Below, piece after piece: positions 47,686-58,326 of a stretch of DNA of 64,000 nt. The DNA comes from a virus (lineage: Duplodnaviria > Heunggongvirae > Uroviricota > Caudoviricetes): IMG/VR virus record IMGVR_UViG_3300021399_000141; one strand, given 5' to 3'. The translations under genes were made by a program, and so were the position numbers. Below the pieces are notes generated by a model that saw only the letters and a list, made by a program, of their open reading frames with translations, was not told the DNA's origin and did no database searches. The number at the start of each line of letters is the position of its first letter. Positions within the stretch are counted from its first letter, which is position 1.

Positions 47686-48145
47686 GTTTCTTTCTTGTTT
47701 TCTTTTTTGGTTCCGGATCCGCGAACCCTCTCACCACCACGGGCTTTGGATATTTGGGTGAGCAAGCTTTATCCATACGGACTTGATGTGCTATCTCTGC
47801 GTCTTTTCGAGCCTGTTCTGCTTCTTCCTGGTGTTTCTGCTCTATAAAATCATAGAATTGTTGTACGACGCCATCTATGTTCTGGAGAAGTGCGTCCATC
47901 TCATCGGACCAATCGAAGTAATCGAAAAGTTCCCATGGGCACCCTATCAGAGTCTGTTTCCATTTGTCTTTCCAGAATTCAATCCATCTTCGGAAGTTGT
48001 CACACATATGAGTGGCTGTGACAAACTGAGCCTCATCATCACACGAATTGAGCACATCGATAATTTTTCGGTGTGCCTGTCTAAACTCGTGCTTACTGTA
48101 TTTGGTTAACTTTGAATACGTCTTTATCATCTTCGTGCTCGACAA
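47678..48145 (-). CDS. hypothetical protein
   Basis: ORF track 155 aa. Confidence 0.5.
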   Translation of the reverse strand: MSSTKMIKTYSKLTKYSKHEFRQAHRKIIDVLNSCDDEAQFVTATHMCDNFRRWIEFWKDKWKQTLIGCPWELFDYFDWSDEMDALLQNIDGVVQQFYDFIEQKHQEEAEQARKDAEIAHQVRMDKACSPKYPKPVVVRGFADPEPKKKTRKKHE

Positions 48146-48887
48146 TCAAGGATGCAATGAAGTCTTGTCCTAATGTGTCGACTATAATAATATGCGGGTG
48201 TGCATCAGGAATTATCGCTTTCGCCTGAGTATGTCCTACAATCTGTTTACCATTCGGTAGTCCGTTATGACGTGGTTTAACCAATGTCGTAGGGCGGATC
48301 CATGCCGGTGACTGTTCTGGTGAGGTGCCATATACGTCTCCCCAACTGGTAGCGCCGTATCCGAACTGGAACTTGCCTAGACCGGTTTCCCAGGGGCGCT
48401 CTCCCCAATCAGCAGTACCATCGGAACGCTCTGTATATCCGTCCCAGAAGATACTATTGACGTGTGCTGCAATCTCATAGGCGTTGCCCGGTGTTCCTGC
48501 GTATTCGGTCTTTTCCAACCATTCTTTGGTTACACCTGCGTGTGATACCAAGATGTCCTTACTGATTGCGAATGCCATGCCACCGAACATATACATGCTA
48601 TCGAGGAACAGTTTCTCGATCTCTTTTTCGTGAGACCAGTCCTTACGAGACCCACCCGGTTCGTGATGCAGATAGTGGAGATCGTGATTACCTAGCAGCA
48701 ATATCGTGTCGGTATGTGTGCGAGCGAACCAAAGGATGTTTTCAAAGTTTTCCTTGAGTTTTTCGAACGGTATGCACTCGTATGGATCGAAGTAGTCACC
48801 TACAAAGATATTTACACAATCTTCCCGCACCAGGCGCTCCCAATGAGTACGTCCGTGGGTGTCTCCTATGATGTTATACTTTTTCAT
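48093..48887 (-). CDS. calcineurin-like metallophosphoesterase
   Basis: GDTHG, GDYFD and GNHD motifs. Confidence 0.6.
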   Translation of the reverse strand: MKKYNIIGDTHGRTHWERLVREDCVNIFVGDYFDPYECIPFEKLKENFENILWFARTHTDTILLLGNHDLHYLHHEPGGSRKDWSHEKEIEKLFLDSMYMFGGMAFAISKDILVSHAGVTKEWLEKTEYAGTPGNAYEIAAHVNSIFWDGYTERSDGTADWGERPWETGLGKFQFGYGATSWGDVYGTSPEQSPAWIRPTTLVKPRHNGLPNGKQIVGHTQAKAIIPDAHPHIIIVDTLGQDFIASLIVEHEDDKDVFKVNQIQ

Positions 48888-48948
48888 ATGTATGTAATAT
48901 ATAAAAAAAGAAGGAGGTTTTTAACCCTCCTTCTAATTATAGATTTTC

Positions 48949-49404
48949 TCAAATGAGCGACTTTATGTCTGCTGTGAACACATTTGGGTCAGCTGGAGGC
49001 GTGTCACTTATCATAGACATTTCTGTACACAACGCTGTTTCGAATGTTTCTTTAAATGATTCTTTGTTCAGTTCCGACATTGTGTTTTTGCGTTTATCGT
49101 AAGGCTTGTACACCGTTACACCTTGTTCTGATATTTTCAGTGCAATCTCACCCATTATGAATTGATGTTGTAAAACATCGAAGGACTCACTGTATGAGAC
49201 ACTTGCCTCTTTGATCATATCAGAAATTGCTATTGGAAATTCGGATGTCTTTTTGTATTCATTGTAAGTGTACCCCGAACTATACCAATCATAGTTACAT
49301 TCCCGTTTTGTACCTGTGCGACTAGGTTGCTCAAAGTGTGTCTTCAATAGATAATGCCAATCGCAGCCCCGGTGTATACTAATGGTAATCCAAAGGGGGC
49401 TCAT
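48949..49404 (-). CDS. hypothetical protein
   Basis: ORF track 151 aa. Confidence 0.45.
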   Translation of the reverse strand: MSPLWITISIHRGCDWHYLLKTHFEQPSRTGTKRECNYDWYSSGYTYNEYKKTSEFPIAISDMIKEASVSYSESFDVLQHQFIMGEIALKISEQGVTVYKPYDKRKNTMSELNKESFKETFETALCTEMSMISDTPPADPNVFTADIKSLI

Positions 49405-49405
49405 A

Positions 49406-49750
49406 TCAACCCTCCTTTGTTACCGGTTTCTCATCCTTGAAGAACTCGTTGAACGTGCCTTCTGCGATCTTCAACTGGTCCTCAGCGAGCTTCAGTTCCC
49501 AACGAGTGCGCTGCAGATCCTGTGCCCATTTGTTGGGGTCCCAGTTCTTCGTGCCAACCTGGAGTGAGTCGGTGGAGTCCGGGGCGAAGTCTGTCAGGTT
49601 ATCTACCTTGAGCTTCAGTTCGCTGACCTTGTTGCGAAGAGTGTTGACTACCGTCTGCTGTGCGATCTCTGCCTGGGTTGCAAGCGCACCGGCGCGTTTC
49701 TTGAGAGTGTTAGAGGTGTTGTCTGAAATGAGCTGTTGAAACTTGTTCAT
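49406..49750 (-). CDS. hypothetical coiled-coil protein
   Basis: ORF track 114 aa. Confidence 0.45.
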   Translation of the reverse strand: MNKFQQLISDNTSNTLKKRAGALATQAEIAQQTVVNTLRNKVSELKLKVDNLTDFAPDSTDSLQVGTKNWDPNKWAQDLQRTRWELKLAEDQLKIAEGTFNEFFKDEKPVTKEG

Positions 49751-49796
49751 AATCTTAATGTGTTATGTGGTTAATACTTTTGTTGATTCTTGTTGA

Positions 49797-50066
49797 TTAC
49801 TTACTCATCTTGCGGCCTAATGAGATACCGCGGTTCTTCATCGTCTGAGCCTGTTTACGATTCTCTATCAGGCGCTTCTCATAAGCAGTGGCAAGATTCT
49901 TTGCAGAAACGTAACCCTTCTGAGCGAGCTTGTCGTAAAGGGACTCCAACTCAGAGCGCGTGTGATCTGTATAGGTGCTGAATGCGCGTCCGTTAATCAC
50001 TTCTGTGAGACTTCCATTATCCATCAGGTGATCAATTGCGTAATTCACGGTCTCATTCTTTGTCAT
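49797..50066 (-). CDS. hypothetical protein
   Basis: ORF track 89 aa; promoter motif 50110-50148 upstream. Confidence 0.4.
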   Translation of the reverse strand: MTKNETVNYAIDHLMDNGSLTEVINGRAFSTYTDHTRSELESLYDKLAQKGYVSAKNLATAYEKRLIENRKQAQTMKNRGISLGRKMSK

Positions 50067-50273
50067 ATTCTTGTTCCTTTCTTAAATGTTGTTCTTAATT
50101 ATTGTTCTTATGTATATATATAAGAAAGAAATCAAAATATTTAGTGATTACGCGCAAAAAAATTAAAAATAATATAATTTATCATCTCACAATAGTTATC
50201 GCGTTAAATCAAAGAAAATCGCGCAATAAAGCAAAATAAATGGAGTTACCATTCAGCAACTCCATTCGTTTCA

Positions 50274-50996
50274 TCAGATTCCTAAAATTTCCCTAATCAA
50301 TTTTTGTGCGATTTCCTTCTGATCGTGATTCAGAATGAATCCCGGATTGCCCTTTTCCGTTGTGCGACCGGTAACTTTGATATTTGGATCATTTAATCGT
50401 CGACCTCGACTCAATCTTTTACAGAGTGTGTCGTAGAATTCGAGTGAGGATCTCAGTACCCGATCTGCACCCTCAGTGATATTGATCTGGGTCTGGATCG
50501 TTTTTTTGGCTTTTTTCAGATTGTCCAGTTTGGCTCGGATCTCATTGATCTCCTGACTTATCTGATTCATCTCTTGCTCGTTGCGCTTCATGTCTTTGAG
50601 CAAGTTTGTATGTGCGCGATTGTTGCCTTCGATATCTACCTGGATACTTTTAATCATATCCTTCACATCGTCATCTAGTTCAGCGCGATCAGTAGCATTC
50701 ATCTTATATGCTTGATCGAGAATATCTTTAATCCTGTCTGCTGACAAAACTTGTTTGACGAAATCATCAATGATGGGTGCATCTGTCTCAGCTACGCCAG
50801 TCAGTTCGTCCAAGTCGAAATCCGGAAGACAATGATCGTATGTTTGTTCTGGCTCGATATTCGCTGGTTTGAATTCAATTGACGCGGTAACCAATTCTTT
50901 TTTACCTAGAGCGTCCGTAAACGCCTTGTTGTAGTCTTGGATATTATCGTAAGTCTTGCCGTTGACTGTCCCTACGAATTTGCTGTTTTTATCCAT
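50274..50996 (-). CDS. hypothetical coiled-coil protein
   Basis: ORF track 240 aa. Confidence 0.5.
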   Translation of the reverse strand: MDKNSKFVGTVNGKTYDNIQDYNKAFTDALGKKELVTASIEFKPANIEPEQTYDHCLPDFDLDELTGVAETDAPIIDDFVKQVLSADRIKDILDQAYKMNATDRAELDDDVKDMIKSIQVDIEGNNRAHTNLLKDMKRNEQEMNQISQEINEIRAKLDNLKKAKKTIQTQINITEGADRVLRSSLEFYDTLCKRLSRGRRLNDPNIKVTGRTTEKGNPGFILNHDQKEIAQKLIREILGI

Positions 50997-51008
50997 ATAT
51001 AAATCGAT

Positions 51009-51926
51009 TTATTTGTATTTTTCTTTTTCTTGTTTTAGCAAAGTATGTACTTGACGCGCCAGAAAACGCATGTCTGGGTGTGCTGCCTTATCATCTCTCA
51101 AATAGATGAAGTGATTCCAGTCTTTTTCAAACGCGGTATAAACCACCTCTGTATGTGTGTCCAACGGAAGAACACGGCGTGCTTGTTGGGGTTTCCATCC
51201 TAGACGAATCAAATTCATATACGATGCCTCGCAGGCGATGTTGGCAAACATCCACCAGTCTATATCTGAAAATCTGGGTCCATATCCATCAGCAATAGCT
51301 GCACAATATCCGTCCAATTTGAGCGGAGCCAGTTCCTCATCCGGTGCGTCAAACAGATTAGTAGGAAGCACAATCTGTAACGAGTTGTCAAACCGGTCGT
51401 TGCTGTAGTTGCAGTATCGCGTACTCTGCTCGCTCGGTGAGAGGGTACGATGACGATTGGCTTCGCGGCTGACACCTATGTCACAAGAGAATCGGAAGGT
51501 ATATCGTTTCTCGTGTTTCTTGAATGGTTTGGTAAGATAGAGCAGATCACCCCAACGATGATTCTCTTCGATCACACGATAATTGGTGGTGATATAAGCG
51601 GTATAACCCACATGACTCTCATAAATATTGACATGTGAGTACTTGTTGTTTTTATAAAAGAGAACGATATTGTTGAGTCTGTTCATCTCATCTGATGAGA
51701 TGTTGTCTACAGGTACCTGAATGGTCAGATAAGCAGTACCGTGCTCCAAAGGACTCAGGTGGCGAGGTGTGTTAGACAACAGATGTGTCTTGATCCATTC
51801 ACGCGGATCGTCCACTTCCTTATCCACCTTATAACAGGTCTGAGCACATTTGACAATGTGTTTGAACATGGATGTCTGATCCGTCTCCGGAACCAACATC
51901 TCTACACTAGGAATTACTATTTGCAT
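51009..51926 (-). CDS. thyX: flavin-dependent thymidylate synthase
   Basis: ThyX signature REANRHRTLSPSEQSTRY (RHR...S...S.R). Confidence 0.65.
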   Translation of the reverse strand: MQIVIPSVEMLVPETDQTSMFKHIVKCAQTCYKVDKEVDDPREWIKTHLLSNTPRHLSPLEHGTAYLTIQVPVDNISSDEMNRLNNIVLFYKNNKYSHVNIYESHVGYTAYITTNYRVIEENHRWGDLLYLTKPFKKHEKRYTFRFSCDIGVSREANRHRTLSPSEQSTRYCNYSNDRFDNSLQIVLPTNLFDAPDEELAPLKLDGYCAAIADGYGPRFSDIDWWMFANIACEASYMNLIRLGWKPQQARRVLPLDTHTEVVYTAFEKDWNHFIYLRDDKAAHPDMRFLARQVHTLLKQEKEKYK

Positions 51927-51939
51927 ATATCAATATATT

Positions 51940-51975
51940 AAAAAGAACCTAAGTCTTTAGGACCTAGGTTCTTTT
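51940..51975. terminator. bidirectional hairpin terminator between nrdD and thyX
   Basis: aaaaagaacctaagtctttaggacctaggttctttt. Confidence 0.5.
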
Positions 51976-51976
51976 A

Positions 51977-54184
51977 TTAACAATCCGATGGAATGTGCTC
52001 GTATACACGTTTCTCTTTTTGACGGGGTTCCGCCCATTTGTCTTTGCGGGTCAAGTAACCGATCACACGATCATAGGTCCAGATATGCTCAGATCCACAC
52101 TTTGGACATTTGGCGATAGGTACTTTTGTAATATATCCACAGTCTGCACACTCACTGTTCGGTATATTGAATGTCAGGTACTGACATCCTTGTTCGGCTG
52201 CGTACTGCAGTACCTTTTCGTACTGGGCTTTGCTCAAGTGACTATCCAGGTTAAGGTGTGCTGCGGATCCCCCATCCAGGTAGTCCCCGATGTAGTTCTT
52301 ACCGTGCATACGAATTTTCTCGAACAGATGAACCTTCTCGTCAGAGGGCAGGTATATATATGATGCATACAGATTACGATCTTCAGGAACCCAGTATCCA
52401 TCAGCCTTGTCCCAGTTATAGTTTTTTGCTGCCAACGACTCTGCCGGAACACACTCGGTGTTGAATGTCAGTTTGTGTCCGTTGAACTTACCATTATGGG
52501 AGGTGTTCATGTCCTTGATACAACTGAATATCATTTGACAGAACTTCGAGTACTCTGGATTGTCACTAATGGATATACCAAGGAACTCTGCTGCTTCGTT
52601 CAGACCATTGATACCGATAGTCAGATACTGTTTGTCCAAGGATATGAATCCTGCTCTATATACAGGCAACATATGTGCGTCGTACATACGCCAGAGGCTC
52701 TCGTTGTAGGCAGTGTGATACTTATATACTCGTTCAAGGATCGAGATGAGATATTTTTGAAACTCATAATGGACAATGTCAAAATCAGATGAATCATCCT
52801 GCTGTTTCCAAAGTTTTTGAATCTCATCACGGGTCAATCCAGAAGATCCGGCAAAATAATCTTGCACAATACGGTTCAGGTTCAGAGTGATGACGGACTT
52901 GCTACCTGTCATGACACCCATATTACCATTGGTGAAGTTGAACTCTTTTGTCTGCACCTTGTTCTTGAGACGGCAGCAACTGGATAAAGAATCTACCGAA
53001 TCAGATATGTACGTAAAGAAGGAATGTCCTCGCGCGTACTCTGCGGCTACGAAATCCGCACTGTCCTGGTCTACGAAATGTCCGTCTTTGTACACCAGAG
53101 CAAAAGACTCCACTGGGAACGTCAACATACAACGCAGGCGCTCTTCGTTGAACCACTGCATGAAATCGCGTTGCAGCCAGTTAACACTCTCCCAACAGGC
53201 CTTGGTTCCGTCCGGGAACATGAAGTTACCGAACATGCCATCAAAGAAGGGCTTGTCGAAGTACGAGAAGTTCACGAACGCGCTCTGCATACCACGGGCA
53301 GCTGCTGGTTGATTGATACTGTACACCACTTGTTGGAAATACTGGTGAATAAGCTTGCGTAACGTGCGTTTTCCAATGAGTTCGTCTGTGTGCTTATAAT
53401 AGTTGTCACCCCATTCTTTTCGAGCGAAATAATCGAAGTATACAAAGAACTCTGACGTAGCAACAGCTCCTGCAAACTGACCACTGATAGCGAATATCAG
53501 ATTGATATATATACCACAGAAGGACATCAAGCTATGTGGACAAGCAGATAGTCCACCGATATGTTTAATACCGCCAGTGATGAACGGATACATCGAAATA
53601 CTACAACAGTATGGTGCGATAGGTCCAGCATAAGTAGACTCATCATGTTTATATATTATATGATGGGTCAGATCCCTGATGTACTGTTTGTGATCGAAGT
53701 CTGGATACAGTATCTTGAGCATGTCCATGACCATACCTCGAGAGATCTTGATGTTCCACGGTTTATGAATCTCACTATTGAGTGTACCTATGTTTTTACT
53801 AGCTACATTAGAGTTGTCATCTATAGTAGCGTTGGCATTGTTATCTGATTGGATGTACCGATCGATGAAATCACGCTGGGACTTGACGTATTCGCGTGTT
53901 ACCTTATGCTCGTATCGATATATAAGGTACTCGTTATATACATCTTGATATCCCCATTTAAACAGTAGGTTCTGGACTCGATCCTGGATAGACTCTACTG
54001 TCAGTGGAAGGAGTTTACCATTTAGGTCGCGTGGATTCTCATCTTTGAATGTGTGCTCCAATGTCGTTTTGAAATCTTCAGGCATTGTTCGATTGCAGTG
54101 TACGAATGCAGCATCCACGGCATTGTATATCTTACTGAAATCGAAGATTTCCTTAGATCCGTCTCGTTTTATTACTTTCCTCAT
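51977..54184 (-). CDS. nrdD: anaerobic ribonucleoside-triphosphate reductase (class III)
   Basis: N-terminal ATP-cone VIKRDGSKEIFDFSKI; C-terminal zinc ribbon CADCG...CPKCG and glycyl-radical motif RVIGYL. Confidence 0.7.
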   Translation of the reverse strand: MRKVIKRDGSKEIFDFSKIYNAVDAAFVHCNRTMPEDFKTTLEHTFKDENPRDLNGKLLPLTVESIQDRVQNLLFKWGYQDVYNEYLIYRYEHKVTREYVKSQRDFIDRYIQSDNNANATIDDNSNVASKNIGTLNSEIHKPWNIKISRGMVMDMLKILYPDFDHKQYIRDLTHHIIYKHDESTYAGPIAPYCCSISMYPFITGGIKHIGGLSACPHSLMSFCGIYINLIFAISGQFAGAVATSEFFVYFDYFARKEWGDNYYKHTDELIGKRTLRKLIHQYFQQVVYSINQPAAARGMQSAFVNFSYFDKPFFDGMFGNFMFPDGTKACWESVNWLQRDFMQWFNEERLRCMLTFPVESFALVYKDGHFVDQDSADFVAAEYARGHSFFTYISDSVDSLSSCCRLKNKVQTKEFNFTNGNMGVMTGSKSVITLNLNRIVQDYFAGSSGLTRDEIQKLWKQQDDSSDFDIVHYEFQKYLISILERVYKYHTAYNESLWRMYDAHMLPVYRAGFISLDKQYLTIGINGLNEAAEFLGISISDNPEYSKFCQMIFSCIKDMNTSHNGKFNGHKLTFNTECVPAESLAAKNYNWDKADGYWVPEDRNLYASYIYLPSDEKVHLFEKIRMHGKNYIGDYLDGGSAAHLNLDSHLSKAQYEKVLQYAAEQGCQYLTFNIPNSECADCGYITKVPIAKCPKCGSEHIWTYDRVIGYLTRKDKWAEPRQKEKRVYEHIPSDC

Positions 54185-54260
54185 ATGCTATAAAATATCA
54201 GTTTTGGCTTCTTTATTCAATGAATTTAGATAAAAAACACCACTGTTTTTTGAGTGGTGC

Positions 54261-55133
54261 TTACTGTATGGTTTCTTTGTCAACTTTCTTGTTGGATAAG
54301 TTGTTCAGAGCCGATCCCATCTTATCCGGAAACGATGTGCTTTTATCACTGGTATCCGAACCTCCTTTGGATGTCTGAGGCATGTATCCTCGTTCAGGTG
54401 CGTTGTGTGGTGGCTTCTTGTTTTTCTTCAGCGCCATAATATTGTCGATGATGAACTGACGTGCTTCGTCATCTGTTTTGATCTTCGGATTGGCATCCTT
54501 CAAACGTCTCCAGGTTTCTGAGTTTTCGTTGTCAAGGATATATCTTTCGATCTCTTTTTTGCTCATGTCGTATATGTTATGACCTGGTGGAACATGCTGC
54601 ACTGGTAGGTTTTCACCCTTTCGTGCTTGGACCGCGGCTATGGTGCCTTGTACTGCCTTGAGCATCTGAGTAATGGTTATGTTTGCTGAATAGTCGAAAC
54701 ACAACATCTTACCTTTTGGATTGAACACAGCTATCTCGGACCATCTGTGGTGTCCGTCAATGATGTACTTACCATTGAAGGTTACCAGTGGCATGCGTGC
54801 AATGATAATCAAATCACTATATTCAACAACCACATTATCAGGATTATGGAACGGGGCTCCGATGGTCTTATCTATATCGATCTCGTTTTGTGAAGGATAC
54901 AGGCGGGATGCTTCTATCAGTTTTGGAGTGTACTTGAATTTGAGATCACCAAATTCTGTGCCGAATCCTTCGTCTAATAATGTCTTGGCTTTAGGATCTT
55001 CAAGAATCTTGTTCAGTGTGTCTACGTAGTCCACATAATTCTTACCCTTCAACCAGTCCCGGAGCTGCTCCAGACGCTCCTTGTTAGAAGAGGTTTCTTG
55101 AGATTCGACTATGTAGTTGTACAGACTTTTCAT
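54261..55133 (-). CDS. ParB-like nuclease-domain protein with MKSL-type N-terminus
   Basis: DGHHRWSE motif; start set at MKSLYNYIVES (ORF track 54261..55169). Confidence 0.4.
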   Translation of the reverse strand: MKSLYNYIVESQETSSNKERLEQLRDWLKGKNYVDYVDTLNKILEDPKAKTLLDEGFGTEFGDLKFKYTPKLIEASRLYPSQNEIDIDKTIGAPFHNPDNVVVEYSDLIIIARMPLVTFNGKYIIDGHHRWSEIAVFNPKGKMLCFDYSANITITQMLKAVQGTIAAVQARKGENLPVQHVPPGHNIYDMSKKEIERYILDNENSETWRRLKDANPKIKTDDEARQFIIDNIMALKKNKKPPHNAPERGYMPQTSKGGSDTSDKSTSFPDKMGSALNNLSNKKVDKETIQ

Positions 55134-55171
55134 GATATAAATAATAAAACAAAAAGCCGTGCAGTGCACGA

Positions 55172-55696
55172 CTATTTCTTGTCATTTTTGATCATAGGTT
55201 TGATGAAGATATCGTATGTCATCCAGAAGAATAACAGACTTAATATAACGAAAAAGGTTGGATCTCCTATTGGGGCAGGCAGGTCTTTGTAGTATCGAGT
55301 AGGATTATTAGTTCCTGGACTGCCAGATCTCCAATCCCATAATGCCCACCCCCAATCTAATAATGATCTCCATTCACCCCACGAGTTTTCTTTTTTCCTA
55401 TACCAATTTCCGTTCCAGTAATAGTATTCGTAGTCAGCCTGCCACATGGGACTAGGACTTCCTGCAATACCTGATGGATTTATAGAATCCCCATCAGCAG
55501 TATACCCTTTCACCCTCCTTGACTGTCTCGGCCTCCCCGAATTAGTATTAAAACCATTTCCATATGGTGTGGTGTATCCTAATCGGTATTCTGAAGTAGG
55601 TATATTACTGCCCCTATCATAAACGCTGCTAGTACTGTTGAAAGTAGTTCCATAGATCAATTGTAAATTTAGTAATATCAGTAGTATTGTTCTCAT
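55172..55696 (-). CDS. secreted Gly/Tyr/Trp-rich protein
   Basis: signal peptide MRTILLILLNLQLIYG. Confidence 0.45.
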   Translation of the reverse strand: MRTILLILLNLQLIYGTTFNSTSSVYDRGSNIPTSEYRLGYTTPYGNGFNTNSGRPRQSRRVKGYTADGDSINPSGIAGSPSPMWQADYEYYYWNGNWYRKKENSWGEWRSLLDWGWALWDWRSGSPGTNNPTRYYKDLPAPIGDPTFFVILSLLFFWMTYDIFIKPMIKNDKK

Positions 55697-55758
55697 ATCT
55701 TAAATCATAAAAAGTCCCGAGCTGATAACCCAGGACTCTACATTTGTCGGATTGATCG

Positions 55759-57465
55759 TTACATCATACCTCCACCATCATCCGGGTTCTCCCCTCCAGC
55801 AAGGTTGAGTTCTTCAATCTCTTCTTGTTTCAACTTGGTGTTGAGTTTCAAATCAGCATCAGATAGTTTCAAGTACTTCTGTACCAAGAACTTAGATGAC
55901 CAGAACTTGATTTCATTACCATTTTGATCCATATCCACCATACCATCTTTCATGGTCTGGATGAAGTCAACACGTTTCTGCATCAGCTCCATCTCCATCA
56001 TCTCTTCGAAGAGGTTGTAAGAGTGGTACTGCAACGAGATAGCTTCGAGCACCTCTCTGTTGTCTTGCAGTTCAGGAATAGACAGCGCCAACTGCATCTG
56101 TAGTGGTTTGATCATGATTTGACTGAAGCGATTACGCAAACGAGTAACGAATCGTCCGAAATCAATCTCGGTACGCGCTACTGATGTGGCGTCGGATCCA
56201 AACCAAGTCTCTCCGTTGTCCTGTTCAAAACGACTCAAAGGAATTTTTGATATCTTGTATAACTGGTTCTTGAAGTAACGTAACTGGTCGTCATCGTTAA
56301 GGTTAGGTCCGTCCCCACCCAGTGTCTCGATATTTGGTGTACCTGAGTCGTTCTCTGGAAACCAGTACTCTTTGTTGAACGGGAGGTTCACTTGACCATT
56401 GATCTCCAATTCACCTGTATCAGGCATGAATTTGATGTCTTCCTTGTACTTGTTCATCGCGGACGATACTGTCTGCATACCGAGTGTGCGGTTCATACCC
56501 TTAACAGGTATGGTAAACTTCATCTTATAGGATGAGTTGGTAATGGTCCAGATCAACTGGGCTTGCTCGACGATACGATAGATATTGAACGGTCGGATCA
56601 GACGCTCCAGATACGACAAACGAGTCAGGCAATTGGTCTCTTGGTACGCTATATAGACGACTTGTGAATCGAGAAGAGTACGCTCTTTGCCATTCATACC
56701 CTTATATTGGATCCAGTACCATTTGTTGTTGTCGAACTTCTTGGTTAGTGTGGCTGGGTCCAAAGGAACGAGTCCGATGATGTTGGTTGGTTTCTCTAGA
56801 TTGTCGTAAACGATCTCCCAAGCCAGGATACCTTCCACGAGGAATCGTTTGAAATCATCCCAAGCATTGTATTTCCAGTTCAACATCTTATAGAAGCGGC
56901 GGAAGTTGGTATTGATAGTATTGGTGATTTTCTCCTGGACTTCTTTGGTGAACATATTGATCTCCTGAGCCTCGACAAAAGGTTCTGCAAAGTATACCAG
57001 TTCATTATCGTACACGATAGCTTCGTTAGTCATGGTATCCAGGATATCTTCCAGTTCCGGCTGCATAGCGAGCTTGCGGAGCGCGTCACGTTTCTGTGGA
57101 AAATCCTTACTGAAGAAATCCTTATCAGCGTTCTGTTTGACCTTCCAGTTGTTAGCCATCGATGTGAACAAGTCCTGGTTGATCAACTGTTGCTCTTTTG
57201 GAATGAAGTTCTTATCCGCTGGTATAGCGCGCATGTTGGCAATGACCTGTTCATCGTACGTCATACCCAGACGAGACATGTTTGAGAAAAACCGAGCGAT
57301 GACGCCTTTCTTCTTCTCTTGCTGGGTCTGCGCATATCGAGGCCTGAAGTTGGTCGTCTCCTTGAATCCGGGTATATTAGAAGGGTTCTGTAATTGACCC
57401 TCTCCGATTAGGATACTACCTCCTTCGTCTATTAGTTTTGAGGATATTGATGATTCTTGTTCCAT
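55759..57465 (-). CDS. putative portal protein
   Basis: 568 aa, no Walker motif; size and position next to lysis and structural genes; weak evidence. Confidence 0.35.
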   Translation of the reverse strand: MEQESSISSKLIDEGGSILIGEGQLQNPSNIPGFKETTNFRPRYAQTQQEKKKGVIARFFSNMSRLGMTYDEQVIANMRAIPADKNFIPKEQQLINQDLFTSMANNWKVKQNADKDFFSKDFPQKRDALRKLAMQPELEDILDTMTNEAIVYDNELVYFAEPFVEAQEINMFTKEVQEKITNTINTNFRRFYKMLNWKYNAWDDFKRFLVEGILAWEIVYDNLEKPTNIIGLVPLDPATLTKKFDNNKWYWIQYKGMNGKERTLLDSQVVYIAYQETNCLTRLSYLERLIRPFNIYRIVEQAQLIWTITNSSYKMKFTIPVKGMNRTLGMQTVSSAMNKYKEDIKFMPDTGELEINGQVNLPFNKEYWFPENDSGTPNIETLGGDGPNLNDDDQLRYFKNQLYKISKIPLSRFEQDNGETWFGSDATSVARTEIDFGRFVTRLRNRFSQIMIKPLQMQLALSIPELQDNREVLEAISLQYHSYNLFEEMMEMELMQKRVDFIQTMKDGMVDMDQNGNEIKFWSSKFLVQKYLKLSDADLKLNTKLKQEEIEELNLAGGENPDDGGGMM

Positions 57466-57540
57466 ATATACAGTTTATGTAAGTATATAATAATAGCCCA
57501 TCCTTGTGTTTGTTGAGATGGGCTATTAAAATTATTAAAA

Positions 57541-58323
57541 TTATGCGTCTTTCAGGCGATCTTTGAACACCAGCCAGGCTTTTTCATCACTATGTACGTT
57601 GGTTTTGATACCTGTTTTCGAATCGTATATAGGTCCGGGATTCCATCCGATTATACCAGGACACAACTTGCGGGTAGCATCGTAATGTCGTATGACTTTG
57701 TCCCAAGGAATACCGTACTTCTTCATGATGATCTTGGATAGTAGTACGGCATTGTCTATCGATGCTCGTGTGAAGTACCATCCTTCATGGTTAGGAACTT
57801 TCGGTGTGGTACCTTTCTTTAGATTAGAACAGATCTCAATGCTGATCGCGTTCTGGTTGGTTACACCGTACTTACCCTTACCATCTCCTACAGCCCAACA
57901 ATAGTAGTTCTTAGGATCAGGATTGACTTGTAGCATCGAGTCATCATCTACCACGAAATCTGCGCTCGCGTTTCTATTAAGGAATACATTACGATTGCGT
58001 TCATCAGCATCACCTGCTGAAGAGGATCCTGCTGTGAAGTGTATGACAAGGTACTCAATAGGTCGACCGTCCTTATGGGTGATGTGCTTGTCAATAGGAT
58101 TATATATAACCCTCGGATCTATCTGACCAGATGGAAGGGTGGTGCACGTCATCATCGACCATGTCTTATCACCTACTATTCCATCAGACACCAGACCATG
58201 TGTTGCTTGCCAGTTCTTGACAAGGCGTTCTGTAGTGGACCCGAAATCACCATCTGGACGACACCCTAGGATGACCTGTAGTCTCTTGACATCCTCACCT
58301 TTGGATCCTTTTTTGAGAAGCAT
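57541..58323 (-). CDS. endolysin: peptidoglycan-binding domain plus N-acetylmuramoyl-L-alanine amidase (PGRP type)
   Basis: N-terminal PG_binding_1-like GSKGEDVKRLQ...DGDFG...DGIVG; amidase_2 residues HFTAG, ISIE, HYDATRKLCPG. Confidence 0.65.
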   Translation of the reverse strand: MLLKKGSKGEDVKRLQVILGCRPDGDFGSTTERLVKNWQATHGLVSDGIVGDKTWSMMTCTTLPSGQIDPRVIYNPIDKHITHKDGRPIEYLVIHFTAGSSSAGDADERNRNVFLNRNASADFVVDDDSMLQVNPDPKNYYCWAVGDGKGKYGVTNQNAISIEICSNLKKGTTPKVPNHEGWYFTRASIDNAVLLSKIIMKKYGIPWDKVIRHYDATRKLCPGIIGWNPGPIYDSKTGIKTNVHSDEKAWLVFKDRLKDA

Positions 58324-58326
58324 AAG

